Counted from the stretch's first letter, positions 28,495 to 44,398 are shown. The stretch is 64,000 nt of DNA from Eledone cirrhosa (GCA_964016885.1 OZ024743.1:345588001-345652000); one strand, 5' to 3'. Program-made: numbers and translations. The notes: generated by a model not told the origin, from the sequence alone.

Positions 28495-29705
28495 ATTGTT
28501 TCTACATTTGGCACAAGGCCAGCAATTATCAGTGCATTACTGGTACTTTATTTTATCGACCCCGTAAGGATGAAAGGCAAAGTCAACTTTGGCAGGATTT
28601 GAACTCAGATCGTAAAGGGACATAACTATGTTGGAAAGCATGGCGTCCGACCTTCCACCGATACTGCCAATCCACCGATAATAATAATAATAATAATGGT
28701 TCTGATTTGGCGCAAGGCCAGCAATTTTGGGAGAGAGCAAAGTCGACTAAGTCGACCCCAGTGCATTACTGGTACTTTAATTTATCGACACCGTAAAGAT
28801 GAAAGGCAAAGCTAACCTATGTGGGATTTGAACACTGAAGGTTAGGACCATAACTCTATGTTGCAAAGCATGTTTGGTAATAATTGTTTCTACTTTTTTG
28901 GCACAAGGCCAGCAATTACCGGAGTGTATTACTGGTACTTTATTTTATCGACCCCGTAAGGATGAAAGGCAAAGTTAACCTCGACGGGATTTGAACTCAG
29001 ACCATAAAGAGGCGTAACTCTATGATACAAACCATGGCGTCCGACCCTCTACCGATACATTTTTGTTTCTACTTTAGGCACAAGACCGCAAGTTTGGGGG
29101 AACGGAAAGCCGATTAACTTGACCCCATTTCATTACTGGTGCTCTATATTATCGACCTCGTATAGATGAAAGGTGAAGCTAACCTCGACGGGATTTGAAC
29201 TCAGAACGTAAGGGCCGTAACTCAATGCCACAAAGCATGCTTAATAATAATTATTTCTAATATAGGCACAAGGCCAGTAATTTGTGGGGAGGGGAAAGTC
29301 GATTAAATCGACCCCAGTACGTTACTGGTACTTTATTTTATCCATCCCGTAAGGATGAAAGGCAAAGTTAACCTAGGCGGGATTTGAACTAAGACCATAA
29401 AGGGACGTAACTCTATGCTGCAAAACATGGTGTCTGACTCTCTACCGATACTGCCAATCCACCGCCCTAGCATGTTTAATAATAATGGTTTCTTATATAG
29501 GCACAAGGCCAGCAATTATGGGGGACGGGAAAGTCGATTAAATCGACCCCAGTGCGTGACTGGTACTTTATTTTATCGACCTCGTAAGGATGAAACGCAA
29601 AGTTATCATCGGCGGGATTTGAACTCAGATCGTAAAGGACCAGAACTCTATGTTGCAAAGCATGCTGTCCGATTCTCTACCGATACTGCCAATCCACCGC
29701 CCTAG
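28495..29705 (-). mobile_element. Cluster of six head-to-tail SINE family A copies
   Basis: The core motif recurs near 28540, 28770, 28932, 29137, 29325 and 29560. Most copies are separated by (AAT)n tails. Confidence 0.9.
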
Positions 29706-29749
29706 CATGTTTAATAATAATAATTATTCTTTCTACTTTTTCGTTTACA

Positions 29750-32330
29750 TTATAATAATAATAATGTTTTCTTTATTAACCACAAGGTTTTACTCAAAGT
29801 GTAACATTAAGGAGAGATGGGCGATTCTGCGTGTAAAAAAAAACATAATATAAAACTAAAACAGGATGTAACAAAGAAAAAATCGAAACAAAGAAAAATT
29901 TCCCCAATTGGGGGGGGGAGATTTCCGAGGCTCACTCGTGGAAAAAGCCCTCAAATAGTCACGGTAAATCTGACCAACAGGGCAAGTGTCCTCTCCCAGT
30001 TTTGCACCTCCAATCTACAGGCATATACTCAGAGCAGTCCCATTAACGCTAGCCATGTTCGCCTCTTTGGTCCATTTTTCAACAAATTACTGGGAAGGGA
30101 GTACTTCCCCCTCCTCCCTAATTTTCCTTTTCATATGAAATTTGAAAAAAGTTAATAAGGGCTTTTGCTTCACGTACTTTAGCCGCTGTTATTGGCTTTC
30201 CGCAATAGACCTCCACAGTTGTCGAGAGACACGGCAGACCGTCGAAGAAACGCGTTTAGCTTCCAGTAGCCAGGTCCCTGTCTGTGAAGCCTTTCTAAGT
30301 CGACCACACATATCACGAATTTTTGGTCTGTGTAGTTGACCATCTTGAATTGTAGACAACCTTTGCTAGAACTATCATTTCCTTACAAAATGCCTTGTTC
30401 TCCATACGAACTTGAAGACCCGATGCACGAACTTGCCTCGACTGTCAATGACGGGATTGTATTTTTGTTGCCTCGATGCACCGTTGCCATTCGGGTACAT
30501 CTAATAGATTTTTTTTATTGATTTCTTAGTGTGTGTGGCTTAGCTCAGATGATTCAACCTTCTAATACAATTCTCGCCGTTAGCACGTATTTTGCAATTC
30601 AACTTCTAATCGACTTTTCTAATTTAGCTATTAACTCCCTTTTTTTTGTATATTTTCTACTGCTAATTATTAAAATCTGCTAATTATTAAAATCGATTGA
30701 TTATATCCTAAGCTCTTTGTTGAGCGCTCTCCCCAGTTGTTGACGACTTTCCTTGTCAACTTTCGCTAAATTGAGTGCTAACCCGGTCTCTGAAGGCAAT
30801 ATGCGTCGGAAACGATGCATTAATCTTCAATTAACTACGTCCCTGCTTAGATGTTCAAATTATTTTGACCATGGAGATCGGGAATTTGTGGTCTAAATAG
30901 GCGATAGTTTAGAATGTGGACGCCTAATGCTATCCCTATCTGCTAATTTAACGAAAAATATATCTCTATACAATATAGTGTTGTTGTTCCAGGTTCACTC
31001 TGGTGCATTCGATATATATATATATCAAATTCTTGAAACTTTTCCATCTCCGATTCTTCTACTCCTACACAACCCCAGCAGCCATACCACATGCTGTTCA
31101 AGTCCCCCGCTAATAGCAAAGGTGAGACATTCCCAGAAAGGCTTCCATTCATCTGAAGAGATCTGGATGTCAAGCCTGGACCGGTGCATAAATGGCCACC
31201 AATCTAAATGCACCACACCCGCTATTGCCCAAACTCAGAACCACCAATTTACCATTCGGGTCCAGGAAGATCGTCTGTACATTGAGATCCAAGCTTTTCC
31301 TAAACAGCCCTGCAACCCTTCATCCCATTCCAGGCCAACTCTAGAGATGAGAAGATCTCATTATCCTCAAACATAGTACGTGCGTGTCGGAAATGCTTGT
31401 CACTCTGACGGAAGTTGATTCCATAAAGTCCTTCAGCAAATGACCTTCCTTCCAGGACGATACTGGCAAAGAATATTGATGCTTTCTACTCTTATAATAG
31501 CCATGTTGACTGGTTTGTCCAGAGAGAAAATAGATAAGGGGTCTACTTAACCTCCGCATGCTGTTGGGGTTCGAGTGGTTCGATCTCCATATTTGGTGGT
31601 GACGTTTTTGGAATCCCTTTAGGAGCCCACTCGTGGTTCTTACATTAGAAACACTTACGGCAAGCAGGTAGCTCTCCGAATGAATTCTTAAATTTTAAGT
31701 GCCACTCGCACCATCCTTAGTGTCTGTGGCTTTTTGAAGGTGTTGATGGCAAATATCTCTTCTCTCTCAATATCCTTACGTCGTGCTATGAGGTACATCA
31801 GTTGTCCGTTCGTCGTTCTTACTAACTCAGTGATTTGTGTCTGTATGTTTGTTAGCTGTGGCACTGTGTTTGCGTTTGCCTGGATGTGTTGCATTGGGTA
31901 GCGACGGGGAGAATTATTGAATGTGGCGTCGGTGGTGTTTGAGTCGTTATGGATGTTGTGTGTATGGTCTCTGCTTTTTTTGTTGTGTGTGTGTGTGACT
32001 CAAGATGTTTTTGTCGTTTATTTTCGTTTTATTCTTTTTTTCTTTAGGGAGGTGGGGGGGGGGATTCTTCCTCATATTCACTTCGAGATTATGTGGCTTT
32101 GGTGTCTGTGAGATCTGTTGTTAGCGCGAGTGTGTTTGTGTTTGCGTGGGTGTCTATGTGTGATTTTCTATTAAGATGAGACTGAGAGGGAGAGAGGGGG
32201 GGGGGGGGGGTTGACAGATCCCCAATAGTGATTCTCGTGCATAAAAGTACTCTATTGTACGATTTTGCGACCTCTGCCTGAACTTGCAAGGATTGCATTC
32301 TCTCGGCTCACTTCTAGGTTGGGTACGAAA
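29750..32330 (-). mobile_element. Degraded, internally deleted L1/Tx1 LINE
   Basis: Minus strand: CA-rich leader, ORF1-like remnant (31688-31894), AP-endonuclease motif LLLAGDLN (ORF 30943-31173), and a 3' end CCTTGTGGTTAATAAAGAAAACATTATT like the other two L1/Tx1 ends. Too short to retain the RT. Confidence 0.65.
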
Positions 32331-32439
32331 AACCAATACAAAGTAGAGATAAGAAATATTTAAATGAAAGAAAATTAAGGTATCTTAATTAACATAAACA
32401 CTATAGTCAATGACATGGATGCCATCACTATTCTTGCCA

Positions 32440-32701
32440 TCATTACCATCTTAATCACAATCATGATCATCATCATTATCCTCATGATCATCATCCTCAT
32501 TATCATCATCATCGTTCTCAATACATCATCATAACCATACATTTCAACATCAACAACAGTCTTATGCACTATGACCTTATCAACAAGACAAGATAAATAA
32601 CAACAGTTACTCAAACTAATACTTATACTACAGCATCCACATTAACAACGACAACTACTAAAATTACTACTACTACCAACACCACCCCACCGCCACTACC
32701 G

Positions 32702-32755
<54 letters not shown>

Positions 32756-32908
32756 TTGCTCATAGCAGAATCTTTGGCACCGATGGGAAAATTAATTGCA
32801 TAGAGAGACAATATTTTTTTTTTGTTATTTCTCTTTCTTTTCACCCACCGCCACCACCTCAACCACTACATTTACTGCAACAAGAACAAGAACAAGAACA
32901 AGAACAGG

Positions 32909-33001
<93 letters not shown>

Positions 33002-33010
33002 CGCAACAAT
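32440..33010. repeat. Trinucleotide repeat field (CAT, CTA, AAC, AAT)
   Basis: Directly visible. Confidence 0.92.
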
Positions 33011-33367
33011 AAAGGAATAAGGATATATAAAGAAAAACAAGATCCACTCAACTTTACTGAGGGGCAGCCATTGTAATTCCAATTTGGCTTATATTAAAAG
33101 ACAGTCTTTTATCATTGCTTAGCTAATTTCGTCACAAACACACAAACACACAGACTCACAGAGACAGATACACAAAATAATAATAATAACAATTAAAAAA
33201 GCAAAACATAAGTAGCAAAGTTAAAAGAGACGAAGAGGTGGATAAGAGAACAAACGAAATGAGCAAAACAAAAAATAACATCTAGAATAAAAAAAGATGG
33301 TGTCTCGCTATCAATATAACTGTGTAAATAATATGTTTGCGCTTCGGTGGGTGCGGCTTTGTATTTC

Positions 33368-35144
<1,777 letters not shown>

Positions 35145-35148
<4 letters not shown>

Positions 35149-35260
35149 TTGAAAAAAAATGAAAACGAAATTTCATTTCTCACTCTTAGTACGGCACTTA
35201 CTTAAATGTAAGTATGTATGTATACGTACATACATATATGTATACAGACGTACAGTAGCA

Positions 35261-35336
<76 letters not shown>

Positions 35337-35759
35337 CAGGTACACATACATATATGCACGCATCAGTTTAGCGGACGCTTATTATAACGCCGCTTTGTTC
35401 GTTTGTAAACAAACTGAACAGCCTGAATTTATGCCATACGGTGTTAAGGCAACCACGTCACCTTTTTGTTCAACACTGACACAGGAACGATGTACTAGTT
35501 TCAAGCTTGTTAGCTATCATCAGCGCCGTATACCCATCTGCCAGATAGTTGAACGTTCGAAAGTATATACTTTCCTTATGAAAATTGACGGCTGAGCAGC
35601 CTAATTTGCATATTGAGTGAGTTAAATCGGTTAGGCATACCGAAAACGATAAGTTGAAAAAAAATGAAAACGAAATTTCATTTCTCACTCTTAGTATGGC
35701 ACTTACTTAAATGTAAGTATGTATGTATACGTACATACATATATGTATACAGACGTACA

Positions 35760-35762
<3 letters not shown>
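35145..35762 (-). mobile_element. Repeat family D with ~112-bp direct repeats and a hammerhead motif (probable PLE pseudo-LTR)
   Basis: 35145-35257 is repeated at 35650-35762. Related pieces at ~48110-48240 and ~61618-61680. Hammerhead motif at 35488-35528. Confidence 0.65.
35488..35528 (-). ncRNA. Minimal hammerhead ribozyme motif
   Basis: Minus strand CGGCG-CTGATGA-TAGCT AAC AAGCTT-GAAA-CTAG-TA-CATCG. Palindromic stem III (ACTAGT), GTA triplet, imperfect stems I and II. Confidence 0.6.
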
Positions 35763-35795
<33 letters not shown>

Positions 35796-36706
35796 GTGTG
35801 TGTGTGTGTGTGTGTGTTGTATGTATGTGTGTGTTTGTGTGCGCGCGTGTGTGTGTGTGTGGGGGGGGGGTAACTGCTAACTGCCACTTCTTTTCAAAAG
35901 AGGGCCATCTCTTCAAAACATTCCCTGCTATTATGAACCACCACCCACTGCAGGCTTTGGGCCAGTCTAAAGACTGGACACGCTTTGTTCAGGTCCAATA
36001 CCTTCTTGTATGGGTGAGCAGTGCATCCCGAAAAGAGATTGCTCAGACGCTGAAGACTTCGCCGAAGCATGTTATTCTTCAGGTTAACATTGCAGTAACA
36101 TTAGGATAAGAGTTGAACCACCCACGAGTAGATTTATGAGTATCTACTTGTAACCTGTCGAGTCTGCACAAGTTGACACTACTGCACCCTCATGGGCCTT
36201 GTGAAGAAATATCTGCATATAAAGGTTGCAATGCTACATACTTGTGCTAAACAGATACCATCCACTTCATCTCCGCAGCTATGCGTCTAGTGACACGCCA
36301 AGGCACGATAAAGGGACAGCTACGAGGATTGCATATGTTTATTGTCGGCGTGGTTAACCTCTCTAGGAGGTCTAACCATACTCACTACACTTGGTCAATT
36401 GAAGGTTGGTGAGGTTATTTAACCCATAGTTGGGGTGAATGGCCATTGATTCTGTGGAGTTCATTCTCCCTTTGACAGCTCTTGTTTTTGTGGTGCTGGG
36501 TTACTACTTACCTTCTTCGACAGACCAGGGTTTTGTGGGAAACCCGGTTTAGTCACCGACCACCCGACCATGAAACTGGTTGTACTTCGCTACACGATAC
36601 CAGTAGCACTCATATATATACCCCCACCTACCCCCCACTCTCCTGAGCGTGAATTTAATAAACATTTATTGTACTGCCTCTCTGTTCTGTCCCTGTTCAA
36701 TTTTTC

Positions 36707-36777
<71 letters not shown>

Positions 36778-37189
36778 GAAATGTATGTGTCTGTGATAGT
36801 ATTTATGTATATACTTTAAATGTATTACGGACGAAATTTATAAACCTAGTTGATGAATGTGATTAAAACTATATACGTATATACAAGCTAATCGTGATAT
36901 AGCTAAAATCTGCATTCCAACGTGATCATTGAGTTTCTGTCCCTGAAAAAACAAAACAATTTAATACACTTTTGTCACCCAACACAGAAGGGTGTGTTGG
37001 ATGACATCCCACTCCATAGTTAGTGCGTTAGTGAACACGATAATAAAAAAAGTAATGGATTTCCATCGGTATCGGTGACGATAACTGAAGTGGTTCGATC
37101 AAATAATCCACTTACTCAGGACATCATTAATATGAATCGAACCTTTTAGCCACTCCACAATGTATGCGACCATATATATATATATATAG

Positions 37190-38360
37190 TGGTGGAACAC
37201 TGGAAGGTAATATCCGTAGTGGTAGAGCACTCAGTCCATGGGACGAGTTAGGTAGAAGTGGTTACACAATAGTTAGTTCACCATACTGAGAACAATTGTT
37301 TCATCTTAGCGGATCCTCAGCTCGGAGTGGGCATGGTTATAGGAACAGGAAGGACAACCGTACGAACGCGCATGCGCAGAAACCCGGTCACTTCACACAG
37401 GCAATACTATACTGCGTGCGAGAGGTGTAAGGAAGATAACTGCGAAAGACCGAAAGGTTTTTAGGTTTTAAATAAAATTACAAAAAATCAGTCGCGAGCC
37501 CTGTAGTTATGCAATAGGTGTTTTGCGATGTGTGGACAACGTGTGAACAATTCATTTCTCGTGTTTAGGCAATCACTATTGCGTAATCTTTTTAGAATAG
37601 TTATTCGTTGGTCAATACATAAGCCACACGTCGGATTTCCCCTTGCGTATGGCTTGGACTTAGTGATGGCTTTCCATTGGATGGAGTAGTCTATACTTGA
37701 GTCCTTGAGGGACCATACGTGACTCGCGAGTTTCGTGGATGAACGTCTGTCCGGGTACCTGAAGGTAGACGGGTGGTTCAGGAAACGTTCCTTAAATCGG
37801 CCGTCCGACATGCCCACATAGGATTTAACCTCCTGTGGTTCGTTTGGTCGGTTGGAAGTGACCACAGCTTCATAAATTACAGCTGGTGTGTTGCATTGCT
37901 GTTGAAGGGGGAAAGCTTCAGGCTTACGGCAAGAGCACCCTGGTGGGGTGTTGCTCCTAGGGCTGCTGGTGATGTGGGACTTCATGTTCTTAGCGCAGGA
38001 GTATCCTAGTTTAACTTTGTGTCGGTTAAAGATGGATCGATATTTATGACCTATGGGAAAGTGTCTATGTAAGAGGGCTAGAATTTTTTTTCCTACATTG
38101 TTTTTAACGTTGAGTGAGAAGGGAGGAGAGAACTAGATAGGTTGTCTATTGTTGTGCTTATTTTTCTTAATGGTGTTGTTGCTAGTGGGAGAGTAAGTGA
38201 TAGGTTGTGAGAAGCCGCTGTTAGCCAACGCCGTGTTATAGTAGGGTGCCGCCCTGTCGTGCTATAGTAGGGTGCCTTATTAGAGGAGACGTTTGAGATT
38301 CTAGTACTGATATTCTTAACGAAGTTTCTAAAAACAGTGAGAGGGTGGCATGAGTCTTTA
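37190..38360 (-). mobile_element. 5'-truncated Penelope-like element (RT thumb, GIY-YIG, pseudo-LTR)
   Basis: Minus strand KDSCHPLTVFRNFVKNISTRISNVSS; GIY-YIG ORF 37488-37985; hammerhead-like CTGAGGA..GAAACAATTGT at ~37286-37326; ends at (TA)n. Confidence 0.88.
37488..37985 (-). pseudogene. PLE GIY-YIG endonuclease domain
   Basis: GCSCR..PLQQQC..VIYEA..YVGMS..FKERFLNH..STKLASHVWSLK..CGLC..LNTRNELFTRCPH. Upstream reading frame is broken. Confidence 0.88.
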
Positions 38361-39539
38361 CATTCACCTTACATTCACAAGGACTCATGCCACCCTCGTG
38401 CCAATATTAGAAACAATTATTTTGTGTGGGGGCTGATGAGGGGCGAAGTATTTCTGTAAGATCTATCTGTTTATCTATGATAATATGCATATATAACCCC
38501 TCCCCACCCACACACATACGTTTTAATTTAATGTGAATTATCTGTCTTTTTATGGATGCTTGAAAGGTTGCGTGTTTAGCGAGACATGTGTAAAATCCTG
38601 CATACGGGTATACACATATGCAAACTTGCACATCTCTGCACAGCTATTCACGATAGCTAGCCATTTGTAATGTCAAAGTTAGTTGTTTAAGTGCAGTATA
38701 TCGTAAGTCAAACCTAAAATATTCATGAATATTTGGACTGTCTGGTGAATGTCATTCAGTGATAACGCTGTTTTTGTAACATCTCTCGGGTGGATATGGG
38801 ATAAGATGATTCTAAGATATCACGTTTCTCTGGTCACAGGGTCATCAGAAATAAAGTAAGAATTTTCTGCTGTGCGCGCAGGGTTAAAACAATTCGCATC
38901 TGCTATTTAAAGAATGTTTAAGGATTTCCTTAAAATCAGACACATTTCCGCGCTGCAATCCCCACATTTCCTTGTTCTGTTGATATCGGGTCTACATCTT
39001 TCCGCTATACTCCAATTGATGTTGTAATCTACAAAGTTTTTATTTAGTTTCCACAAGTAAATGGCGAATTTTGTCTTCTTACTTTTCTCCCATTTATGGA
39101 ACGACGCAATAGGTTAAATTATAATATGTCGCTTCAGGCTGGTGGTGAGGTCTGGGACTGTTGATTTAATCAGTGCATAACCATTAACTATATAGCTTCT
39201 GATTTTGCATGTTCTGTCGAGTGGGCATGTATCTCTGTTCCAGTATATATAGAGAGAGTCAGTATAGGCTGATTATCCTGTGTATCTCCTGTGGCACATG
39301 ACGTATCCCTTACCACACACATATATAAAGGGTAAAACCTCACAAAGGTCACGAATAACAAAGGGACTTGCCACTGCAAAGGTCCACTCCGATGCATACG
39401 CCCGGGAAAGATGTTTTTGAAGAAGTCCAGCTGTCTCCCGTGTATATCAGTCTCTCCTCAACACACCAGCGATCTTGTCAAAGGGAAAAGTTGATACAGC
39501 TTTTCACCAGTAGCGTTACAACTCATTTTATCCAGGTGA

Positions 39540-39775
39540 GTGATCTGGAGTAACGTGAAATAAAGTAGCTTGCTGAAAGTTACAACGTACCACTCTATCC
39601 GGCAATCGAACTTGAAACTTCCCGATTGTATGCCCGAAGCTGTATCCACTAAGTGACCCTCCTTCACAGAAGGCCTACAATTTGATGGGAAGGGGGAAGT
39701 CGATTGAATCGACCACAGTGCGTGACTGGTGCTTTATGTTATCAGTCACGTAAGGATAAAAGGCAAAGCTAAACT
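39540..39775 (-). mobile_element. Old tRNA-head SINE fragment followed by a partial SINE family A copy
   Basis: GTGAAATAAAGTAGCTTGCTGAAAG...AATCGAAC resembles 42340-42453; partial family A core at ~39680-39775. Confidence 0.55.
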
Positions 39776-39913
39776 ATATATAGTTACGAATATGTATATT
39801 TATTTATTTCTCTTTCATACATACACACACATGCATAATTAAATACACACATGCACACATACATATATAAATGCACACACACACACACACTCTCTCTCTC
39901 ACTCTCTCTCTCA

Positions 39914-39956
<43 letters not shown>

Positions 39957-39957
39957 C

Positions 39958-40022
<65 letters not shown>

Positions 40023-40820
40023 GTATTTGTTGTATTTTGTTTATGTTTCGGATACCGAGAAATGAACTCAAACCCGTTTCATTTCTGTAATTCTCGAAAC
40101 GGAATTGTTTTTTTATGTCGATTATACACTCTGTGCTATTTAAACGCCCAATCTCCAGCAGATTTCTCTCCGTACATTGATATTTTATAACTTTCGCAGT
40201 TTAATTTTTAAATCTTTTTAACAATAGTATTCAAATCGTCTCTGCAGTTAAATTTTCCTGAATTGTAGCTTCACACATCAAAATAAAATCTCACACAAAA
40301 ATATGAAGACCAATGGGGATGCATACAGATACGCACATATATACATCTTCATGCATGCATACACCTACACATTAGCTCAAGCATAATATTGGAGCGGTGC
40401 ATTCATTTTATGGGTTTTAGCTAAAACGCTTCAATCAGTAAATGAAACACACAACGCAACATGGGGTTTTACCATCAAATTAGACATCAAAAATGCTTGA
40501 AAGTAACATCCGCAACCGATGGACGTCATATGGAATTATGAACTTATACTTGTTTTCATGTATGTGTGAGTGTGTGTGTGGGGGGTGGGGGGAGTATTTT
40601 GTGCAATTTGTACTGTTAGGAGGTAGAGAAATAGACACGGTAGAATGTCCTACTAAATTTCTTGCCGTCTAGATTAAGTTTGTTTGTTAAAATCTAGTTT
40701 CAGATTCTTCCGGTGGGAAAGGTTTTTTTCAGTCCTAGTATATTTCTAATCGAATGTATAATTTCAATTCAGGCATAAGGTTTAATAATGTGTAGGAAGG
40801 GGAGTGTATATACATACACA

Positions 40821-40876
<56 letters not shown>

Positions 40877-41992
40877 AAAGGTAAACAGAAATAACAACAC
40901 AATCGGTACAGTATATGGAAGGAATATATTAGGTTAACGCTTGAAATAGTAGGAAGGAGGTCTTAACCATTCAGACGCTAGTCCTTCGCCGGAAGAAAGA
41001 ATGAGAAATTAGAAACGAGCGGGGTAGAATTGGAAAAAAATGTTTTTAGAGAAAAATAACAGGTCCATCCATGTTGGCATCTCTAGGAAAACTGTTGAAG
41101 TTGGCGTTTTGTGTACGATATATTTTTTTAGAAAAGTGGATGATGAAGCTCGTCTACCTTAAATGGAAAAAAAACCGTCTTTTATAAAGAGCTATACTTG
41201 TGTACGTGTGTATGCATGTGTGTTTGTGTGTGTATGTATTATTATGTTTAAAAGGTTGACTAATCAAGGTTATGAATGCAACACACCAATCAGTGAGTGA
41301 ATCTGGAGGCAATTAGAGTTAAGAACTCGACGTTATGCGTATTTTTGCCATTACAATTTGGCAGTCCATGAATATCTTCATCTGACCTTCGCGATTATCA
41401 TATATAAATATATATAAATATGTGCCGGCGGAATCACTATGACTCCCTTAGCAGTTAAGGCTCAAACAGGTACGGAACCACCACCACCACCACTGTAATT
41501 CAACGGGTCAGCGATATCACACAATGTGTCATGATGAATCTCCCCGAGAATTATGTCAAATGTACTCATATCTGTGGAATGCGCAGCTCTTTGAACAACT
41601 GGGACATCCATCGTGGAAATCGACTGGGGTTCATCATACATAGGGTTCAAAACTACGACGTCACAGCGAGGATACTTCCAGACCTTTCCCCAAATGAAAC
41701 CGTTATGTGACCTTGTACTAAATATAGAAATTTATTATTATTATAGCTATTTTGGCTTGGTGTCCTATTTTAGTTTTTACTATGTGATATCAAAGGCAAT
41801 ATTGTCTTTTCTTTTGCCTTCAGTAATACGATCATATCACATGTTTATCTTTTATTTACTTTAATTATCAGGATTTCATTCGTACATACATATATACTCA
41901 CATATAAATATATGTGTCTGTGTATATACATGTACGTGTACAATCATATGTTCGAGGGTGTATGCATGTAACTAGGTATGCATATGTGAATT

Positions 41993-42059
<67 letters not shown>

Positions 42060-42234
42060 TATACACGGATATAAATTGTGTGTTTAAAATACACAAGCAT
42101 ACATACATACATATATGCACACGCACATACTCATGTATATATATATGTCTGTGTACATGTTTGTGACTATACACATACATACATGAATAAATGCATACAC
42201 GCACACGAGTGCACATTCAGAACAGATACCCCAC

Positions 42235-42453
42235 ATATAAAGGAACGATCGACTTTCGTCAAATCGGAAACAATGTTTCCGTTGGTCTTTCCAATTGCTA
42301 ATACTATCTATCGGTCGCAAATCCAGGTAGAAGGAGCAACGTGAAATAAAGTGTCTTGCTCAAGGACATAACACATCGCCCTGTCCAGGAATCGAACTCA
42401 CAACCTTACGATTGCGAATCCAATTTTCTAACCACTCAGCCACACGCCTTCAC
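42235..42453 (-). mobile_element. tRNA-derived SINE (CORE-like family) fragment
   Basis: AAGTGTCTTGCTCAAGGACATAAC...GGAATCGAACTCACAACC...TAACCACTCAGCCAC is a reverse-complemented tRNA head plus a CORE-like segment. Confidence 0.7.
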
Positions 42454-42579
42454 ATATATATGTGCTTAAATATTACCATTGGCTTTTATTTTTCCATTTG
42501 AACCTTCTAACCTATATCAGTTATTCCATTTGTTTATTATGTATTTCAAATTAGTTCATCCCAATGCAAATGACAGTAA

Positions 42580-43575
42580 TAATGGTTTCTCCTAAAGGCA
42601 CAAAGCCAGTAATTTGTGGGTAGGGGAAAGTCGATTAAATCGACCCCAGTACGTTACAGGTGCTTTATTTTATCGATCCCATAAGGATGAAAGACAAAGT
42701 TAACCTCGGTTGCATTTGAACTCAGATCATAAAGGGCCGTAACTCTATGCTGCAATGCATGGCGTCCGACGCTCTACCGATAATGCCAATCCACCGCCCT
42801 GCATATGACAGCGGTAATAATAGTCGATGTCAATATATAATAGTTGGGGAAAACTGAACAGAGGCGCTTTTGTACTCGCCCACCATGCAGCTGTGTCCCG
42901 GTTCCTATTTCTACAGTCTACACTCCCGATGTTGCTAACAACTAATTATAATTGTTTCTATTTTTGGCACAAGACCAGTAACTATCTCAGTATATTACTG
43001 GTACTTTATTTCATCGATCCTGTAAGCAATGAAAGGCAAAGTTAACCTCGGTGTGATTTGAACTCAGATCTTAAAGGGGTGTAACTCTTTGCTGCAAAGC
43101 ATGGCGTCCGGCCCTCTAGCGATACTGCCAATTCACCCATATATTATTATAGTGATTGGCAGTGCATTGGCAGTATCGGTAGAGGATCGGACGCCATGCA
43201 GTGCAGCATAGAGTTGCGGCCCTTTATGATCTGAGTTCAAATCCCGCCGAGGTTAACTTTGCCTTTCATCCTTAGGGTGTCGATAAAATAAAGTACCAGT
43301 CACGCACTGGGGTCGATTTAATCGACTTTCACCTCCCCCAAAATTGCTGGCCTTGTTCCTATATACGAAAACATTATTATAGTCATTGGCAGTGGATTGA
43401 CAGTATCGGTACAGGGTCGGACGCCATGCTTTGCAGCAATGCGTTACGGCCCTTTATGGTCTGAGTTCAAATCGCGCTGAGTTTAACTTTGCCTTTCATC
43501 CTTACAGGGTTTATAAAATAAAGTACCAGTAATACACTTGGATAATTGCTGCCCTTGTGCCAAAAGTAGAAACAA
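42580..43575. mobile_element. Four SINE family A copies (two minus, then two plus)
   Basis: Approximately 42580-42800 (-), 42950-43138 (-), 43150-43372 (+) and 43390-43575 (+). Confidence 0.9.
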
Positions 43576-44398
43576 TAATAATAATCATTGTTGTTGGGAT
43601 ACACATATCCAAAATTATAAATCTACTCAATGCTTCATACGTCAACCACTTTATATGCATGTGTATAAATATATAGTACATATACGTATGATGAATATTT
43701 CCTAACATTTACTCCGCCACCACCACTTCCAGGCTCTTTACGCCTCTACACACGTAGTGACCTCACACTTTCTAACTTAGTTATTTGCGGTTGCCCCACC
43801 ACATCGTCGTACCCGAAGCTAAACAGCTTCTCTTATGACCATTCCACGAATTGAAATATAAAGGCAACGATCATATTTGTTATCACCTCCTCTTCTATGC
43901 AACCCCTCATGACTTCCAATATCTGTGTGTGTGTGAGTGTGTGTGTGTGTGTGTGTGTAGAAATTCATATACATTCTAATACATTCTTTATGTTAATCAG
44001 TTCACGCGCACACGCTCACTCACACCCATACACGCACACGCACTCACATGCATTCAAACACACACACACATATGCACGCATACACACATGTCAAATTATA
44101 CATTGATTACCTCCTTTTCTACACATATCAAGTGCGTAAGATATCCCTTGAACAGCAAATCTCCAAAATGGCTGACTGAATTCGCCCGTTTGTACTTTTT
44201 TCCCTTTCGCCCTCATTTTTTCTCCGTTTCTTCCTCTTCTATTTTATCTTTTTTTTTAACTCTATCTTCTAATGGAAGATTAGTGTCCGAAACGTTAAGA
44301 CACTTTTACTGGTATTTCAAGTGTTAAACTAATATATTTCTTCAAGCTACTGTGCCCTTTGGTTTGTTATTTCTGTTTACTTTTTACATATATAGATA

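Noticed and set aside
28495-29705. Regularly recurring motif resembling a CRISPR array
   Set aside because: The ~190-230-bp units are whole diverged SINEs with homologous 'spacers', in eukaryotic DNA with no cas genes.
35870-36600. GC-richer segment resembling a LINE 5' UTR or LTR
   Set aside because: No diagnostic motif, termini or ORF that I could verify.
38425-38445. CTGATGAGGGG as a hammerhead core
   Set aside because: No properly placed stem II, GAAA or stem III follows.
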